Shown: in pieces, positions 38,010 through 52,042 of the stretch
Layout: every line of letters starts with the position of its first letter
Numbering within the stretch: position 1 is the stretch's first letter
Assembly (NCBI GenBank): GCA_951406725.2
Contig: OX597816.1
Location: 174,654,001-174,718,000, forward strand
Direction of reading: 5' to 3'
Origin: Octopus vulgaris
Taxonomy: Eukaryota
DNA: 64,000 nucleotides
Program-made: the position numbers and the translations under genes
Notes under the pieces: generated by a model
What the model was told of the DNA's origin: nothing
The model's database searches: none
Seen by the model: only the letters and a program-made list of their open reading frames with translations

Positions 38010-40760
38010 CTGTGGTTTTTAAACTGAGGGAGGGGGAACATCAGCAATTTCCAAGGGGCACACGAGCCCTTGAGAAAAAGCAAAAATTTCTCTATATTTG
38101 TTATTCTCTTAACAAGAGCATGGTTAAATAATGAGAAGTTTATGAAAAAATGCAAAAGTATCGCCTTATACCATTAGCTTCCTTATTTTATTATGGCCAT
38201 GCTTACCATTTTCTGTACTTATTGACCCCTACTTCATATCCCTCAAAACCCTCACTAAATCTGAATTGTAGTTTTAACATTTGCCTTGATTTTGTAATTT
38301 TTTTTTATTACAAGACTCAAGCTAGGAACCACTGGTATAAAGCTCAGATATTATTATTGTGTAAAGACAAATATTTTTTTCAGTTAATAGATTACAAACA
38401 AGTTTAATCCCAGTTTTCATATATATGAAATAATGTGGTTCTTAAAAATCAAGAGACATGCTGAAACATTATCTAATTTTTATAGTAACATACTAAGAAA
38501 TATTAACATAATTTAAAAAATTGAAAACTATTTTAAAATTTTAGCAAGATGAAAAGTATGACAAATTTAAAAATAGGAAATAAAACAGAAAGTATGTAAT
38601 AGGTTCTACTATCGCTCTATTTAATAAAGTCTCAAAAAAATTAAAACAGATTAGAAAAATAAATTTTAACAATAAAACCAAAATTTTAAATATTAAATGT
38701 TTCTGTTAAAAATATAGTAAATTTTTTGAAATAAAAAAATTATAATATGAAGCCAAATGTTCAACTAAAATTCAGATTTAAATATTGCAGAAAGTACTAC
38801 GTAAAACTAAAAACTATACAAAATCTTTTAAGCAAAATTTTTTTTTTATGCTTTCATACAAATAAATACAATATTTTATTGTACAAATTTTCCATATAAC
38901 TTTTCTGTTAATTTAACCTTTATTCCAAAATTCTTGTTTTAATTTTTTTTTGGAACTTTTTACTCCAAGTGTTCTAACTTGGGCCTTGACATTACCTTAA
39001 ATTTGCCTTATCTTTTGTTCACATATTTGTGTCATCCACTGCACATTAAATAATTCACAATGAGTGCAAAGAAATGGAAATATCTTGATAAATATATTTG
39101 ATTTGGATTTGTGTCCCTCCAAAAGGGTGACGCAGAAGTCCCCCAGTGTGCGATATGTTACAAAATTTTGAGCAATGATGGAATGCAACCCTCACACTTG
39201 GAACGCCACTTGAGGACAACACATCCTGCTCTTGCAGACAAGCCCAAGACATTCTTTGAAACAAAAAGATATTCCTTAAAGCAAGCTAAGTTGGACAGTA
39301 GCAGGGCATTTCGGTAACAAACTTCAATGGTTGTTGAGGCTTCCTATGAGAACACCATATTGATCGCAAAGAGTTTCTCATTAAAACCAACTCTAATCTG
39401 TGCAGAACTCATTCTGGGGAAAGATAGTGCAAACAGGCTTTCCCAGATTTCACTATCAAACAATACAGTCAAAGAAAAGATCGCTGACTTGTCTCGAGAC
39501 AAAGATCAAATTCTCAACCAAGTAAGAGATTCTCCTGTTTTTGCCATCCAGTGTGACAAAACGACTGACATCACTCAGTGTTCTTAGCTGCTGGTATATG
39601 CTCATTTTTGAATCAGGCAACTGTGTAAAAGAGGAAAGGTTGTTCTGTCACCCTATGGACAGTTGTACAACAGCAGCAGCTATTTTTCATGATATATCCA
39701 ACTTTCAGGAAAACCAACTTTTGTGGGATTTGCTGGTAGGGGTGTGCACTGATGGAGCTCCAGCCATGCTTGGTCTGCAGTCTGGATTCATTACTAGGGT
39801 GAAAGAAAAAAATCCATCTGTTGTAGGTACACACTGTATACTTCATCGTGAAGCATTAGCATCCAGAACCTTACCTACTGAAATGAGAAATGTCCTGAAC
39901 GTGGCTATCAAAATTGTCAACTTTGTTAAAGGTAGAGCCTTAAAAAGTCATCTTTTCAAACTGTTGTGTAAAGATATGGAATCTGAACATGAAGCATTGC
40001 TTTTTCACAGGGACGTACAATGGCTATCAAAGAGGAACATGCTTGGACAGCTTTATGAACTATGAGAAGTAGTAGCAATATTTCTAGATTTGCAACGGAA
40101 GGCAGTTCTCCATGACAAGTTCCAGCCTGAAGGCTTTCAGCTATCTCTAGCTTACCTGGTAGACATCTTTGAAGCGTTGAATGCTCTCGACCTTAAATTA
40201 CAAGAGAAAAACAGACATTCTCATGCACCATGACACCATTCAATCTCTGGAAATGCAGAATTCAACAGGGAAATACAGTCAATTTTAGTAACTTGGATTC
40301 TGCTCTCTTCACAGTAACCTTGATTCTGAGTTAAAGAAACAAATAACCACTCATCTGACTTGAAAACAGAATTCATTGGATACTCTCCAGACATAGATGA
40401 AAAGCATGAAGCTTGGAAATTCATCAGGAAACCATTTCAATGTGATGTGACTGAGATTTTGGAAGAAGTGTAAGAGGAGTTTCTTGAACTGAAGTTCAAC
40501 TCCCCAGCTAAGGGAGACTGCAAAGAACAGAATCTTGAGATGTTCTGGATCAAGTACCTTCCTCTTTACCCTCTCATCTCACATCAGGCTCTTCAGATTT
40601 TAGCTATGTTAGGATCCATGTATCTTTGTGAAGCTGCATTTTCCATGCTTGTTGCTGTCAAGACCAAGTACAGAAACAAGCTAAACATTGAAAAGACTTA
40701 CATTGTGCACTCTCTGGCATTCAAGATCTTGTAGCTAAGAAGCAGTGACAAGAATGTGAT
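38010..40760 (+). mobile_element. Decayed hAT transposon (Buster/Charlie, ZBED5-like transposase at about 39060-40750)
   Basis: Left end ctgtggtttttaaact; BED finger PQCAICYKILSN...PSHLERHL..H; AIQCDKTTDI, VCTDGAPAM, HCILHREAL, LLFH..VQWLSK, YLCEAAFS...KTKYRNKL. Many stops; right TIR not found. Confidence 0.92.
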
Positions 40761-41441
40761 TATATATAAAATTATACATATTTTGTATAATATAACTAAT
40801 TCATATTCAATAAAAAGACTAAAAACATTTTAGATTTCATTTAAAATCTGGGAGGGAATTTTATTCAAAGATGCAAGCAAGGTGTAGGGAGTTTATGACA
40901 CTTTGCAATATCATAACCATTCTATGACTATATTTCTAATGAAATATACAGTTTATGTTTCAGTAAGTTTGAAAATAATCAAAGTTTTGAAAGGATTTAC
41001 AAAAATAACTTCATTCGACAGATCTTAAATGGGTTTTAAAAAGGTTAGATGTTTACTTTATTGTGAACTTGAAGGTTCTATTGTAGATAAGGCAAGGCAA
41101 AAAAAAAATCTTTGACAAGATGAGAAAAGATCTGAGAAACAGATCCCTCAGCAACAGACATTAATACTAAAACACTATCAGAAGTAGTAACATTTAGTTT
41201 ACTGCTAGTTCCAACTCATTTTATACTCTAATAGGAAGGTAGGTAATCTTTATAAGAGTAAAGTGTTAGTTTATAAAACAATTTATTAATGTGAAGTTCA
41301 CAGTTTACTTCAAATTTGAAAAATCAGAAAGATATGATTATGATAAGCAAAATGTGTACTCTTACAAGTAGTGAACATATATCATGGACTCATTTTAAAC
41401 ATCCCATTATGTTATAGACTTGTATGCATACACATCTAGAG

Positions 41442-41590
41442 CAGTGATTTCCCAAAGTGGATGGTACCCACCTGCCCCACTGGAGGTAGTGGGAGGATCT
41501 AAGGGTGCACTGAAGAAAAACAGCAAAAATGGCATGGCCAAAAGGGGGTACTGGTTGGCAATGCTCACTTATTTTCCTATGGTTTAGAAA
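41442..41590 (+). mobile_element. hAT (Charlie-like) left-end fragment
   Basis: atctagag|cagtgatttcccaaagtg terminus. Confidence 0.5.
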
Positions 41591-42769
41591 ATAGTGCTTA
41601 AAAGTCCATCTGTACAAAGTTGCTTCAAGCTGATTTTCTTTTATAAACAAGAACAAAAATTTAAAAAAGGGAATTCCCTATAAAGATATATTACTAACCA
41701 GCAGCAGCATCAACAAGATCAAAATATATATACACACACACATATATGTAGATGATTGCCATCCCATCAACACACACACCACAATCCCTCCCTTGATGAG
41801 CCCTCAGACAACTTTTCAGATCAGTTACTGACTGACAGGGTTTGAAACAAGTGACAGATATTCAAATTTCTTCTACATTTTTGCCCTTTTGAAGGAATAT
41901 TTTTGTGAACTAGCATGTGTCTTCTAAGTCAGATACTGTCTTACAAATTTTGTGACATATGAGACAAGTTGTAAGAGGTAAGTCACATGAAAATCTAAAT
42001 GCCGAGGCATATGACACAAGTTGAACCCCAGTCACCTCTTATGACTTGTCATACATCACAAAACTTGTAAGACACACACGTATTGTATCCTTGGAGAGTC
42101 ATTAGGTTAATAATAACAACACAAGTACAGGTTCAATTCAATTTCTCTATTATTAGTAGTAAATTGGTCAAATATCTAACAACTAATCAATCATTTGTTT
42201 AACATGTTGGTTAAACAATCTATTAGTTATTTGTTTGTTCATTGAAGTTCTTTTGTTGCTGTTCATGACTTTCCTACTCCCTCCAATGTCTGCTTTCATC
42301 TAAGAATTGGTCCTCTGTGTGTGTGTGTGTGCATGCACATTCGTGTGGTTGTGTATGTACATCCAGGTGACTACTGATAGGAGTTTGCAGGTTAATGTTA
42401 CACTAGCCATCTATGACCTGGGTTCATCCTTTTGTTATTTTGCTCAGTATCTTGCCTGCTGAAGATTTATGGGTTGAGGGTATAGTTCTTTAATGTGGGG
42501 AGGGTTAGGAAAGAACAGGGGAGGTGTATGTGTGAGAATCTGCATGCACATGTGTTTGTGTGAGTATCTGCGTGTGAGGGAGAGAGAGCATGTGTGTGTG
42601 CAGACGCACGCGAGTGTAATGGTTAGTGTGTGTGTATGTTCACATGTGTGAAGGTGCTAGCATATATGTGTGTGTATATCTGACAGGGTTTTTTTCTTAC
42701 ACATTGTACTGGGTCCTTTTTACATGGCACTTTGGTTTCAGGATATCAATTTTGTTATAGTGGCTCTGT

Positions 42770-44480
42770 CATCTCCTTCATAAGGCTCAGTATTTTGAGA
42801 TCAGTCTCCAATACTTCGTCCCATATCTTCCACAACTTCCTTCCACTTTAAGCAACCAGCACTTCTTTATGCAACTGTCCTCATCCATCCGCATTATATG
42901 ACCAAAGCAGTGCAGTCGTTTCTCTTGCACATTGCATATTATTCCTCTTATGCCTAAGTTGTCTCTCAATATACTAATGCTCTGAAGTACATGCACACCA
43001 ACACTACTTGTCCACTGAAACATATCAGCTTCATTCCTCTCCAGTTTTCGCATACCTCTTTATTGATGGCCCCCCCATCTCATTACAATTCATACACATG
43101 CATCATATAATCATCCTTTAACTTGAGGAGAGAGACATTTGGTTGTCAACAGAGGTAAAAGCTCTCTGAACTTTCTCCTTTCTATTCTTATTCTAGCAAT
43201 TACACTTTCTGTACAACCTTTTCCATTGTTAATTAGGTTCCCTAAGAGGCAGAAATTATCTATGACTTCCAGAGAGCAACCAGGACATTAGAGAAAATCA
43301 GTTTCCTGTGTATCTGTGGTCTTTATGGCTCCTGCACATTTTCAACTTACAAACACTATCTTCTCTATTAACCTTCCTATTCAACTGCACTTCTGGTGTG
43401 TACACAGCTTGCACTGAGTACACTGAATGGGATTTCTGCCTACACCCTTCCTACATATCAAAGCAGGGCCATTTATTTGAAGGATAAAGGGTTCTGTCCA
43501 ATTTCTTGCTTACTAGGACCCTGGTCTTTTACTAAGTTGACTTTTAAGACCCTTTGATTCAAGGTTCTGTTTCCACCCCTGGAATTTCTTTTCTAATTCT
43601 GTTATAGATTCAGCTACAAGGGCCAGATCATTAGCATATAGTAGTTCTCATGTGTTTCCAGTCTTAAATTCCTGTTATGGCATGGAGGACAATGATGAAT
43701 AGGAGGGGGCAGAAAATCAAGCCTTGGTGAACACCTACCACTACACTAAATTCCTCACTGTACCCATAGCTAACTCTTATCTTACTAACAACATCCCTGT
43801 ACTGCTTTCACAGGCCATTCACCTACCTTTAGTTTTCTCAGAGAGCATCATATCACAGAGTGAGGTACTTTGTCAAAGGCTTTCTCTACACAGGGGTTAC
43901 CAAAGGGGATCCAATGGACCCCCTAGGGGTCGACAAGCAATTACAGGGGGCCGATGATAGCCAAGGGGTCAGTGTGCGAAAGACCAGTGCACCCAGATGA
44001 ACTGCTTGAAATACTTAGTCAGCACCATGAAACATGGGAACACATGATAATTGAGAGGTGTGACTGAGGGAATGCAGACTGTCGACTGTTTGCTTATAGG
44101 AATTGCCCGAACCCGGAGGAACGAGGTGATTTGAGATTGAAACTGACTGACATTCCGCTTGATATCAATTCAGGATTACCATGCTCATACCTCACATTGA
44201 TGTTGTCAATTTCAATAAAAGATATTCCAGCAATATGATGCAAAGAAGTGGTTAAAGGGAGTTGATGTGGAAGGAGAAGTGGCTAAAGGGAGTTGATGGT
44301 CAAAAAAGTCCTCTGGATTAACAAATGCCAGGTACAAGGGCTTGTTCTTAGCTAAATACTTCTTCTGCAGTTGCCTGATTACGAAAATAGCATCAGTGGT
44401 GTTTCAACCCAGGACAAAACCAAACTGCATTTCATCTAGTCTAACTGTTCCTGATTAATTGGGTTATAACTCTCTCCGCA
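42770..44480 (-). mobile_element. Old RTE RT fragment interrupted by a hAT-like insert (about 43890-44310)
   Basis: Minus-strand motifs QFGFVLG*NTTDAIFVIRQLQKKYL, LLYANDLAL, FCLLG, RLHCFGHIMRM; caggggttaccaaag hAT-like end at 43890. Confidence 0.75.
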
Positions 44481-45169
44481 ACTTTCATCATTTGGTCCAG
44501 CAATTTGATGCCTCCATAATTACCTCTATTAAATATCACTATAGAGCACAGTTTGACCATGCAAAAGCAACCCTTTTGCTTGATCATTTTCATGTCAAAA
44601 TATTTCCTGTTGAAAATTATATATCATTTGAAAGTTTTGGATGAGAACTTTCTTCTCATATAATTTTGATCAAAATCTGACACATATCATGTCATAGTCC
44701 CTCAATCACTGATATTTCCACCTATTCACAAAGTTTGTCCCGTTTTTCATTTTTTTGTTTGTTTTTTGACTGCTGAATGGTAGCCCTCATTCTAGTTCTA
44801 TGTGCTGGAGTGCTAAAACTCAATGTGTTGAAAATTATGCAATCAGGAAGAGGAATGATTTAGCTTTATTTTGATATAAAAACTGATGGAGATAGATCAG
44901 ATAATCATTATGAAATATAAAAGTGAAAATTTTCTTGTTAATTTTCACTTAGAAAAGAATGTATTTTCAAGATTTTTATATGATAAGGAAGAAAAATTTC
45001 TCAAGAATTCAATATGGTCATTGCCAAATCTGACTACAATTTGGCAAAAAGCACAAAATCAATAAAGAGGAAGGTATGCTGATGTTACTTCTCAAACTGG
45101 CATTTCTGTGCAACAATAGGTCAAATGGAACATGAATGCAAGTCCTAGGTGATTAATTTTTTAACACTA

Positions 45170-45900
45170 ACACTAACCACTCTGACAGTGTAGTGGGTGT
45201 TTTTTATGTGCCATTGACCTGACACCAGCATCAGCTCACTTGGCTTGACAGGTCAACAGAAGCACAGTATATTCTTTTCTACTCAAGGCACAAGGCCTGA
45301 AATTTTTTTTTGGGGGGGAGCCAGTCAATTAGACTGACCCCAGTACAGAACTGGTACTTAATTTATTGACCCCGAAAGGATGAAAGGCAAAGTTGACCTT
45401 TGCGAAATTTGAACTCAGAATGTAAAGACAGACAAAATACTACTAAGCATTTTGCCTGGCATGCTAACATTTCTGCCAGCTTGCTGCCTTAAAAGTACAG
45501 TATATTGCCAAGGGTATTGGTCACATGTCACTGCCTCCATGAGGCCCAATGCTCAAAAAGGTACTTTTTAGATGCCACTGGCATCGGCCAGACCATGATT
45601 TCACTTGGTTTGACAGGTCTTCAAAAGAACAGCATATCAGCCAACAGTTGAAGGGTGCTTTTAACGGGCCAGTGACACGACACTGGCATCGGCCATGACT
45701 ACAACCTCACTTGGCTCGACGGGTCTTCTCAAATATGGCATATCTCCAAAGGTTTCAATCGCTTGTCACTACCTCTGTGAGGCCCAACATTTGGAGATTA
45801 TGCTTCACCACCTCTCATGTCTTCCCAGGTCTACCTCTTCCACAGGTTCCCCCCACTGTTTGAGGTTGTGACACTTCTTCAAACAGCTGTCCTCATCCAT
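45170..45900 (-). mobile_element. Decayed RTE 3' UTR with nested SINE family C (about 45305-45490, minus)
   Basis: Degenerate repeats tgccactggcatcggcc; SINE core gaccccgaaaggatgaaaggcaaagttgacc. Confidence 0.6.
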
Positions 45901-46738
45901 ATGCCTGTTCATTTTAGCACACCATCTATCTGGTTCCCTTTCCTTTTTCTTTCCTCGACATCACTTTTTTTAAAATCCAGCCTCTATTAATAAGAAAGCT
46001 CCTAGTCTTAAGACGGCTATTTGTTTTTGTTTTATTCTTTCCTCTCTCAAGTGATAACTATTAATAATCTAGTAATTCCTTACTTCCTGACATCATTCTT
46101 GATCATTTTACTGTAAAATCATTTTTTTCTGTCCTTAAGTGAAAAACTATGTAGAATTTATCTTGAATGTACTCACTACTGCCACCCCTACCCCATGACG
46201 TATTATGGTGCCAGCTTCACTGAGACTACTTCCATAAGTTCCTTATTTCCATACATACATCCTATGAGAATGTATTTCTGTACATATGAGTATGTTATAT
46301 TGCTAATAGTTTTCTTCATTTATCAAAGTTCCATCCTATATCCCTATCACTATGCACAGACATTCGAGTGAGTTCAAGTGTGCATCCTCCTCCTTACCTG
46401 CCTTGGAAACATTAAGTATGTATTGTACTAACACCTATACTAACAAAGTTTTATTGCTGCTGCCACCATATACCAAGCACGAGGAAATAATATCAAATTA
46501 ATGGAAACATCTAACCATGTATGAAAAAATCTTGACAGTCACCAAATGATCATAAAAAAAATTCTTTCTTTCATGTATAGAAGATAAGTACCAATGTACT
46601 GAACCTCAAATTCAAAATTCTAGGGATGCCACTAACACTATCAGTACAAGGAAAGATGGGTCATCAGGAGAGATTGTTGAGATACTGGAGTGGAGCATGT
46701 AGGAAGAAATTCTTCCAAGTAGGTGGACTAAGCATATT

Positions 46739-47063
46739 ACTCTTTTTACTCTTTTACTTGTTTCAGTCATTTGACAGCGGCCATGCTGGAGCACCGCCTT
46801 TAGTCGAGCAAATCGACCCCGGAACTTATTCTTTGTAAGCCCAGTACTTATTCTATCGGTCTCTTTTGCCGAACTGCTAAGTGACAGGGACGTAAACACA
46901 CCAGCATCGGTTGCCAAGCAATGCTAGGGGGACAAACACAGACACACAAACATATACACACACACACTTATATATATATACATATATACGACAGGCTTCT
47001 TCCAGTTTCCATCTACCAAATCCACTCACAAGGCATTGGTCGGCCCGGGGCTATAGCAGAAGA
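46739..47063 (-). mobile_element. SINE family A, 5'-truncated
   Basis: Reverse complement of the family A body and tail. Confidence 0.85.
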
Positions 47064-47077
47064 CTCATAATTTTGTT

Positions 47078-47421
47078 AAACGTAAAAAGCACCATCCATT
47101 CGTGGCCGTTTGCCAGACTCGTCTGGCACCACCATCTGTTCGTGGCCGTTGCCAGCGTTGCCCCAACTGGCTTCGTGCCGGTGGCACGTAAAAAGCACCA
47201 TCCGAATTGTGGCCGTTTGCCAGCTCCGTCTGGCACCTGTGCGGGTGGCACGTAAAAAGCACCCACTACACTCACGGAGTGGTTGGCGTTAGGAAGGGCA
47301 TCCAGCCGTAGAAACACTGCCAGATCAGACTGGGCCTGATGCAGCCTTCTGGCTTCACAGACCCCAGTTGAACCATCCAACCCATGCTAGCATGGAAAGC
47401 GGACGCTAAATGATGATGATG
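47078..47421 (+). mobile_element. RTE 3' UTR/tail copy
   Basis: Three to four repeat units plus (GAT)n tail. Confidence 0.85.
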
Positions 47422-47652
47422 TAAGTACAATCAATAAAAATAAGCAATCGTTTTTAAAGAGTTTTTCTACAGTTTTTAAGTTTCCCTATATAATTCTCCA
47501 GCAATTTTCTACTTGATGCCTATTGCAATATGAAATAAAAAAAATCCGAAAACTACCGTTAGATTGATGCAAAAACACTGGATAATCTGAAGAATGAAGG
47601 CACAGAAGCTGAATGAGCTTTTAACCATAAGAAGTACTAGGCTGATGCATAT

Positions 47653-48034
47653 GGATGGAAGCACTCCGTCGGTTATGACGACGAGGGTTCCGGTTGATCT
47701 GATCAACAGAACAGCCTGCTCGTGAAATTAACGTGTAAGTGGCTGAGCACTCCACAGACACATGTACCCTTAACGTAGTTCTCGGGGATATTCAGCGTGA
47801 CACAGAGAGTGACAAGGCCGGCCCCTAGAAATACAGGTACAACAGAAACAGGAAGTAAGAGTGAGAGAAAGTTGTTGTGAAAGAGTACAGCAGGGATCAC
47901 CACCATCCCTGCCGGAGCCTCGTGGAGCTTTAGGTGTTTTCGCTCAATAAACACTCACAACGCCCGGTCTGGGAATTGAAACCGCGATCCTACGACCGCA
48001 AGTCCGCTGCCCTAACCACTGGGACATTGCGCAT
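47653..48034 (-). mobile_element. tRNA-derived SINE family B1 (possibly octopus OR-type) with 10-bp TSD
   Basis: TSD tgatgcatat at 47643-47652 and 48035-48044; tRNA-like head gcgcaatgtcccagtggttagggcagcggac...ggtttcaattccc. Confidence 0.88.
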
Positions 48035-48584
48035 TGATGCATATAACAAGAGGGAGGATGAGAGACACATAACACAGAGGACAGGTCAGAGTTCTTATAA
48101 CCTGCTAAGAGGTACAGATGAGATCTAGGTCTTGTATGAGGTTCCAGTCAAATGAAATAGTGAATAGAATCACAAAACCTAAGAGACAGGCCTGGAAAGA
48201 AGGAAGAAAGGAAGAATGTCATCAAGTACCAAGAATAATTAACAAAGAGAAAAGCCAAAAGTAAGAGGTTTGTACAAGTTTTGCAATCTAAGGATGAGAG
48301 GCATAAAGTTTCTGGATTTCAAAGTAAAACATCACTGGAGACAAGTGTGTCTAGAATGATAATGGTACTAATGCCCTCACAGACACTTAAAAAGAGACAT
48401 GTACAGAAGTGCTTTTATGGGGAACTGTTTAGTTAGAAAAATGCATGGGAGAGAGTGGGTATATTACATGTAAACCCAACAGACAGGCTGATCACCAAAG
48501 TTGACAAAGGATATGAATTATGCAATGCTTGAGAAGAAGACCCATCAAGCCAAATAAAATCATAGTTGTGGCAGATACTGGTGT

Positions 48585-48773
48585 CATGTCAGTGGCACGT
48601 AAAAGTATGAATTACACTCTTGAAGTTGTTAGCATTAGAAAGGGCATCCACCTGTAGAAACCATACCAAATCAGATTGGAGTCTGGTGCAACCTTCCAGC
48701 TTGCCAGCCATGGTCAAACTGGCCAACCCATGCCAGCATGGACAAAGGACATTGAATGATGATGATGATGATG
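48585..48773 (+). mobile_element. Old RTE tail fragment
   Basis: gtggcacgtaaaag...gggcatcca...(GAT)n. Confidence 0.7.
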
Positions 48774-49180
48774 AAGGTAGGTGGACTATCACAAAATATC
48801 ACTGAATTGGAAAAAATATTTGAAGTAGGTCACTTATTAATCATTTGTAAAGTCAATAAGGTTTCATGAAGAGTCATAATCAAATAACTGGTGCAACATT
48901 ATTATTTGCAAGACAAACAAATGACATGGCACATGAAGAATTAGAGGATAAAATAAAACTGATTCTAGTTGAACAAAGTTAAAATGCTGGAAAATTGACC
49001 TCGTGACCATGAGTTTAAATAGCCCCCCCCCCCCCCACACACCTCTAGGCAAAATATCTCACATGCTTCAATCTATGTGACTGAAAATAGGTGCAAAATT
49101 ATCTTAAGAAATACAGCTACTGAACTTTTCTTGCAAAGAAAAAAAGAAGCAAGCATTATTAAATTTACAAACGTCAACTA

Positions 49181-49565
49181 TTGTGGAAGCACTCCATCAG
49201 TTACGACGATGAGGGTTCCGGTTGATCCGAATCAACAGAACAGCCTGCTCGTGAAATTAACGTGTAAGTGGCTGAGCACTCCACAGACACGTGCACCCGT
49301 AACATAGTTCTCGGGGATATTCAGCGTGACACAGAGAGTAACAAGGCCGGCCCCTTGAAATACAGGTACAACAGAAACAGGAAGTAAGAGTGAGAGAAAG
49401 TTGTGGTGAAAGAGTACAGCAGGGATCACCATCCCCTGCCGGAGCCTCGTGGAACTTTTAGGTGTTTTCGCTCAATAAACACTCACAACGCCCGGTCTGG
49501 GAATTGAAACCGCGATCCTATGACCGCGAGTCCGCTGCCCTAACCACTGGGCCATTGCGCCTCCA
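49181..49565 (-). mobile_element. SINE family B1 copy with TSD caacta
   Basis: Highly similar to 47653-48034; caacta at 49175-49180 and 49566-49571. Confidence 0.88.
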
Positions 49566-49809
49566 CAACTAGACCTATTATAATTACAATGATTGCTCTC
49601 AAAATAGAGCTAGTATGATTTAATACACATCAAGGTTTCAACAACCACCAGTGGCATTCTGAATTCTTTAGGTAAAATAATTAGTCGTTTCAAAAATGAG
49701 ATACTAAATACAGTGGTAAATAGTATTTGTTAAATGGCATCTGTCTATTGTGTATAGATAAACAAACAATTTCATTGTGAATGTTCAATTTTTCACTGTC
49801 AATATTTTT

Positions 49810-50104
49810 GTTTGTTCCTTCTTGAGCCACGCCTGACTCATAAGGGCCAGTTTCCTTGGCGTATAGGTTCCCCACCTGGATGGGACGCCAGTCCATCACA
49901 GGCGAGCTGCAAGATGCAGGACGAAAGAGTGAGAGAAAGTTGTGGCGAAAGTGTCTGCAGAAGTTCACCATTACCTTCTGCTGGAACCACATGGAGCTTA
50001 AGTGTTTCGCTCATAAACAAACACATCGCCCAGTCTGAGATTTGAACCCGCGATCCCTCAACCGCGAGTCCGCTGCTCTAACCACTAGGCCATGTGCCTC
50101 CACA
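49810..50104 (-). mobile_element. SINE family B2 (B1-like head, different tail) with 11-bp TSD
   Basis: TSD tcaatattttt at 49799-49809 and 50105-50115; tail cctgtgatggactggcgtcccatccagg...(AAAC)n. Confidence 0.85.
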
Positions 50105-50862
50105 TCAATATTTTTAGGGACCAATAAAAAACACCTGTGTAATTTTCAAGGTTCATTACAATCACATCAGCTGAGGCCTCTTATAACGGAATTAGTAGGC
50201 TAAATAAAATGAACATGTATGCTGACCTAATGTAAATATACCATTTCAATTAAATACAAGTTTTCTATTTTATTTATACATATATAATGATTTAATTAGA
50301 ATTTTTATTTTAATATATTTGTCTTTTCTATTGCTTCTCGTGTTGAAAGCTAGCTTACATTTTTTTTGAAGACTAAGCTTATTCTAAGATCATATGGAGG
50401 TTTCATTAAATGGTATCTGTGTGCATAGGCAGTCATTCACAAAAAAGGAAAGAAGCCAAATATAGTTTGTACAAATATCAAGTCACATTTTCTAACTCTT
50501 GAGAATTTAACACACCTGACAAGTTATGAAACCATTGCACAAAATTAAATCTATATTCTTTTATTCTTTACCTCATTTCAGTCATCGGACTTGTAGTCTT
50601 GCTGGAGAACCACCTTCAACAGTTTAGTCAATCATCAAACATATCCAGCACTTCCTTTTTCACTTGTTGAATCTGGAAGGTAGGGCATTGCTCATGATCT
50701 TTGCAGGCCCACTGAGACAAGTGAACTTGATACTATGTTCTATCTAAACTGTTGCAGATCAACACCTACCAAGAAAATATGAGCAAGAAGATTCCAGAAG
50801 GCCAATAGTTGAGACAGACTGGGCATAATAGAGCAAGGCCAAACAGGTTGGAGAATCTAGAA

Positions 50863-51096
50863 CAGTGGTTCTCAACTGAGGTCCATAAGATTTTGTTGTT
50901 AAAATTTATGTGCAATAAATTGGTTATACTTCTACAATACATAAAATATTTTGTCCATCTTTTTATACAATTCCTGATAATATTTAATTTAAAAAATATA
51001 ATAGGATTTTTAAAACATCAAATGGCTTATAAGGGTCCAACTGAGTAAAAGAGGAACCAAAGAGGCCCATAGGTTAAAAAGGGTTGAGAACTACTG
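50863..51096. mobile_element. hAT (Charlie/MER5-like) MITE, 234 bp
   Basis: TIRs cagtggttctcaac / gttgagaactactg; 8-bp TSD atctagaa / ctctagag. Confidence 0.85.
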
Positions 51097-51692
51097 CTCT
51101 AGAGAGACAAAGGATAGGAGGAGTACCTAACTGAAACAGATATATGACTAGGCTGCAGAGGCAGTGATAGAAAAGGCAGAGGAGACAGCATACTTGTGAG
51201 CCAGGGGATGGAACATGTCTGTTAGTGATTAAATTAGTTGAACGGATGCAGTCCAGGATGATGCAGCAGCAGCACTGTCCCAGTGAGAGAAGTACTCCAT
51301 CATGACTTTAGCTGCTGTTGATACAGCTGAAATATTTTCCAGCCTTGAAAAGAAGAAACAATTTTGGGGAAACAGTCCTATGTTAATGTTGTGCTTTCAC
51401 CAGAAGAGAGCCTCAGTTATTGTGAAACCCAGCATTTGGAGCAGCTGTGAAAGCTTTAGATGAGCGCCACTCATGTTCAGTGTGGCCATGGTGCAGTGGA
51501 TTTTCTTGAGTAGTGCAAGAGTCCTTTTTATTGCTAAAAGAAACAAAATTGGAATGGATCCACTGAAGAATGCTCTCAAGGTCTCTCAATGCAGGTTTGA
51601 TATGAGTTTAATGCAGATTTACAGGTATGGAGTATGTAGGCTGTATAGAGATGATGTATGGTTAGAGAAAGCTAAGGAGAAAATGAAGGGTT

Positions 51693-51837
51693 GTGTATAT
51701 ACATATATACGATGGGCTTCTTTCAGTTTCCGTCTACCAAATCCACTCACAAGGCTATAGTAGAAGACACTTGCCCAAGGTGCCAGCATCGGTTGTCAAG
51801 CAATGCTAGGGGGACAAACACAGACACACAAACATAT

Positions 51838-51870
<33 letters not shown>

Positions 51871-52042
51871 CATATATACGACAGGCTTCTTTCAGTTTCC
51901 GTCTACCAAATCCACTCACAAGGCATTGGTCGGCTTGGGGCTATAGCAGAAGACACTTGCCCAAGGTGCCACACAGTTGAACTGACCCCGGAACCATGTG
52001 GTTGGTAAACAAGCTATTTACCACACAGCCACTCCTGTGCCT
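51693..52042 (-). mobile_element. SINE family A, rearranged (partial internal duplication)
   Basis: Two overlapping segments of family A; head at 52042. Confidence 0.8.

Noticed and set aside
39060-40750. Domesticated ZBED5/SCAND3-like gene
   Set aside because: Multiple stops and frameshifts plus a transposon end indicate a dead hAT copy.
49490-49565. tRNA-like sequence (also about 47960-48034, 50030-50104 and family A heads)
   Set aside because: These are SINE heads with bodies, tails and TSDs; no proper acceptor stem was found.
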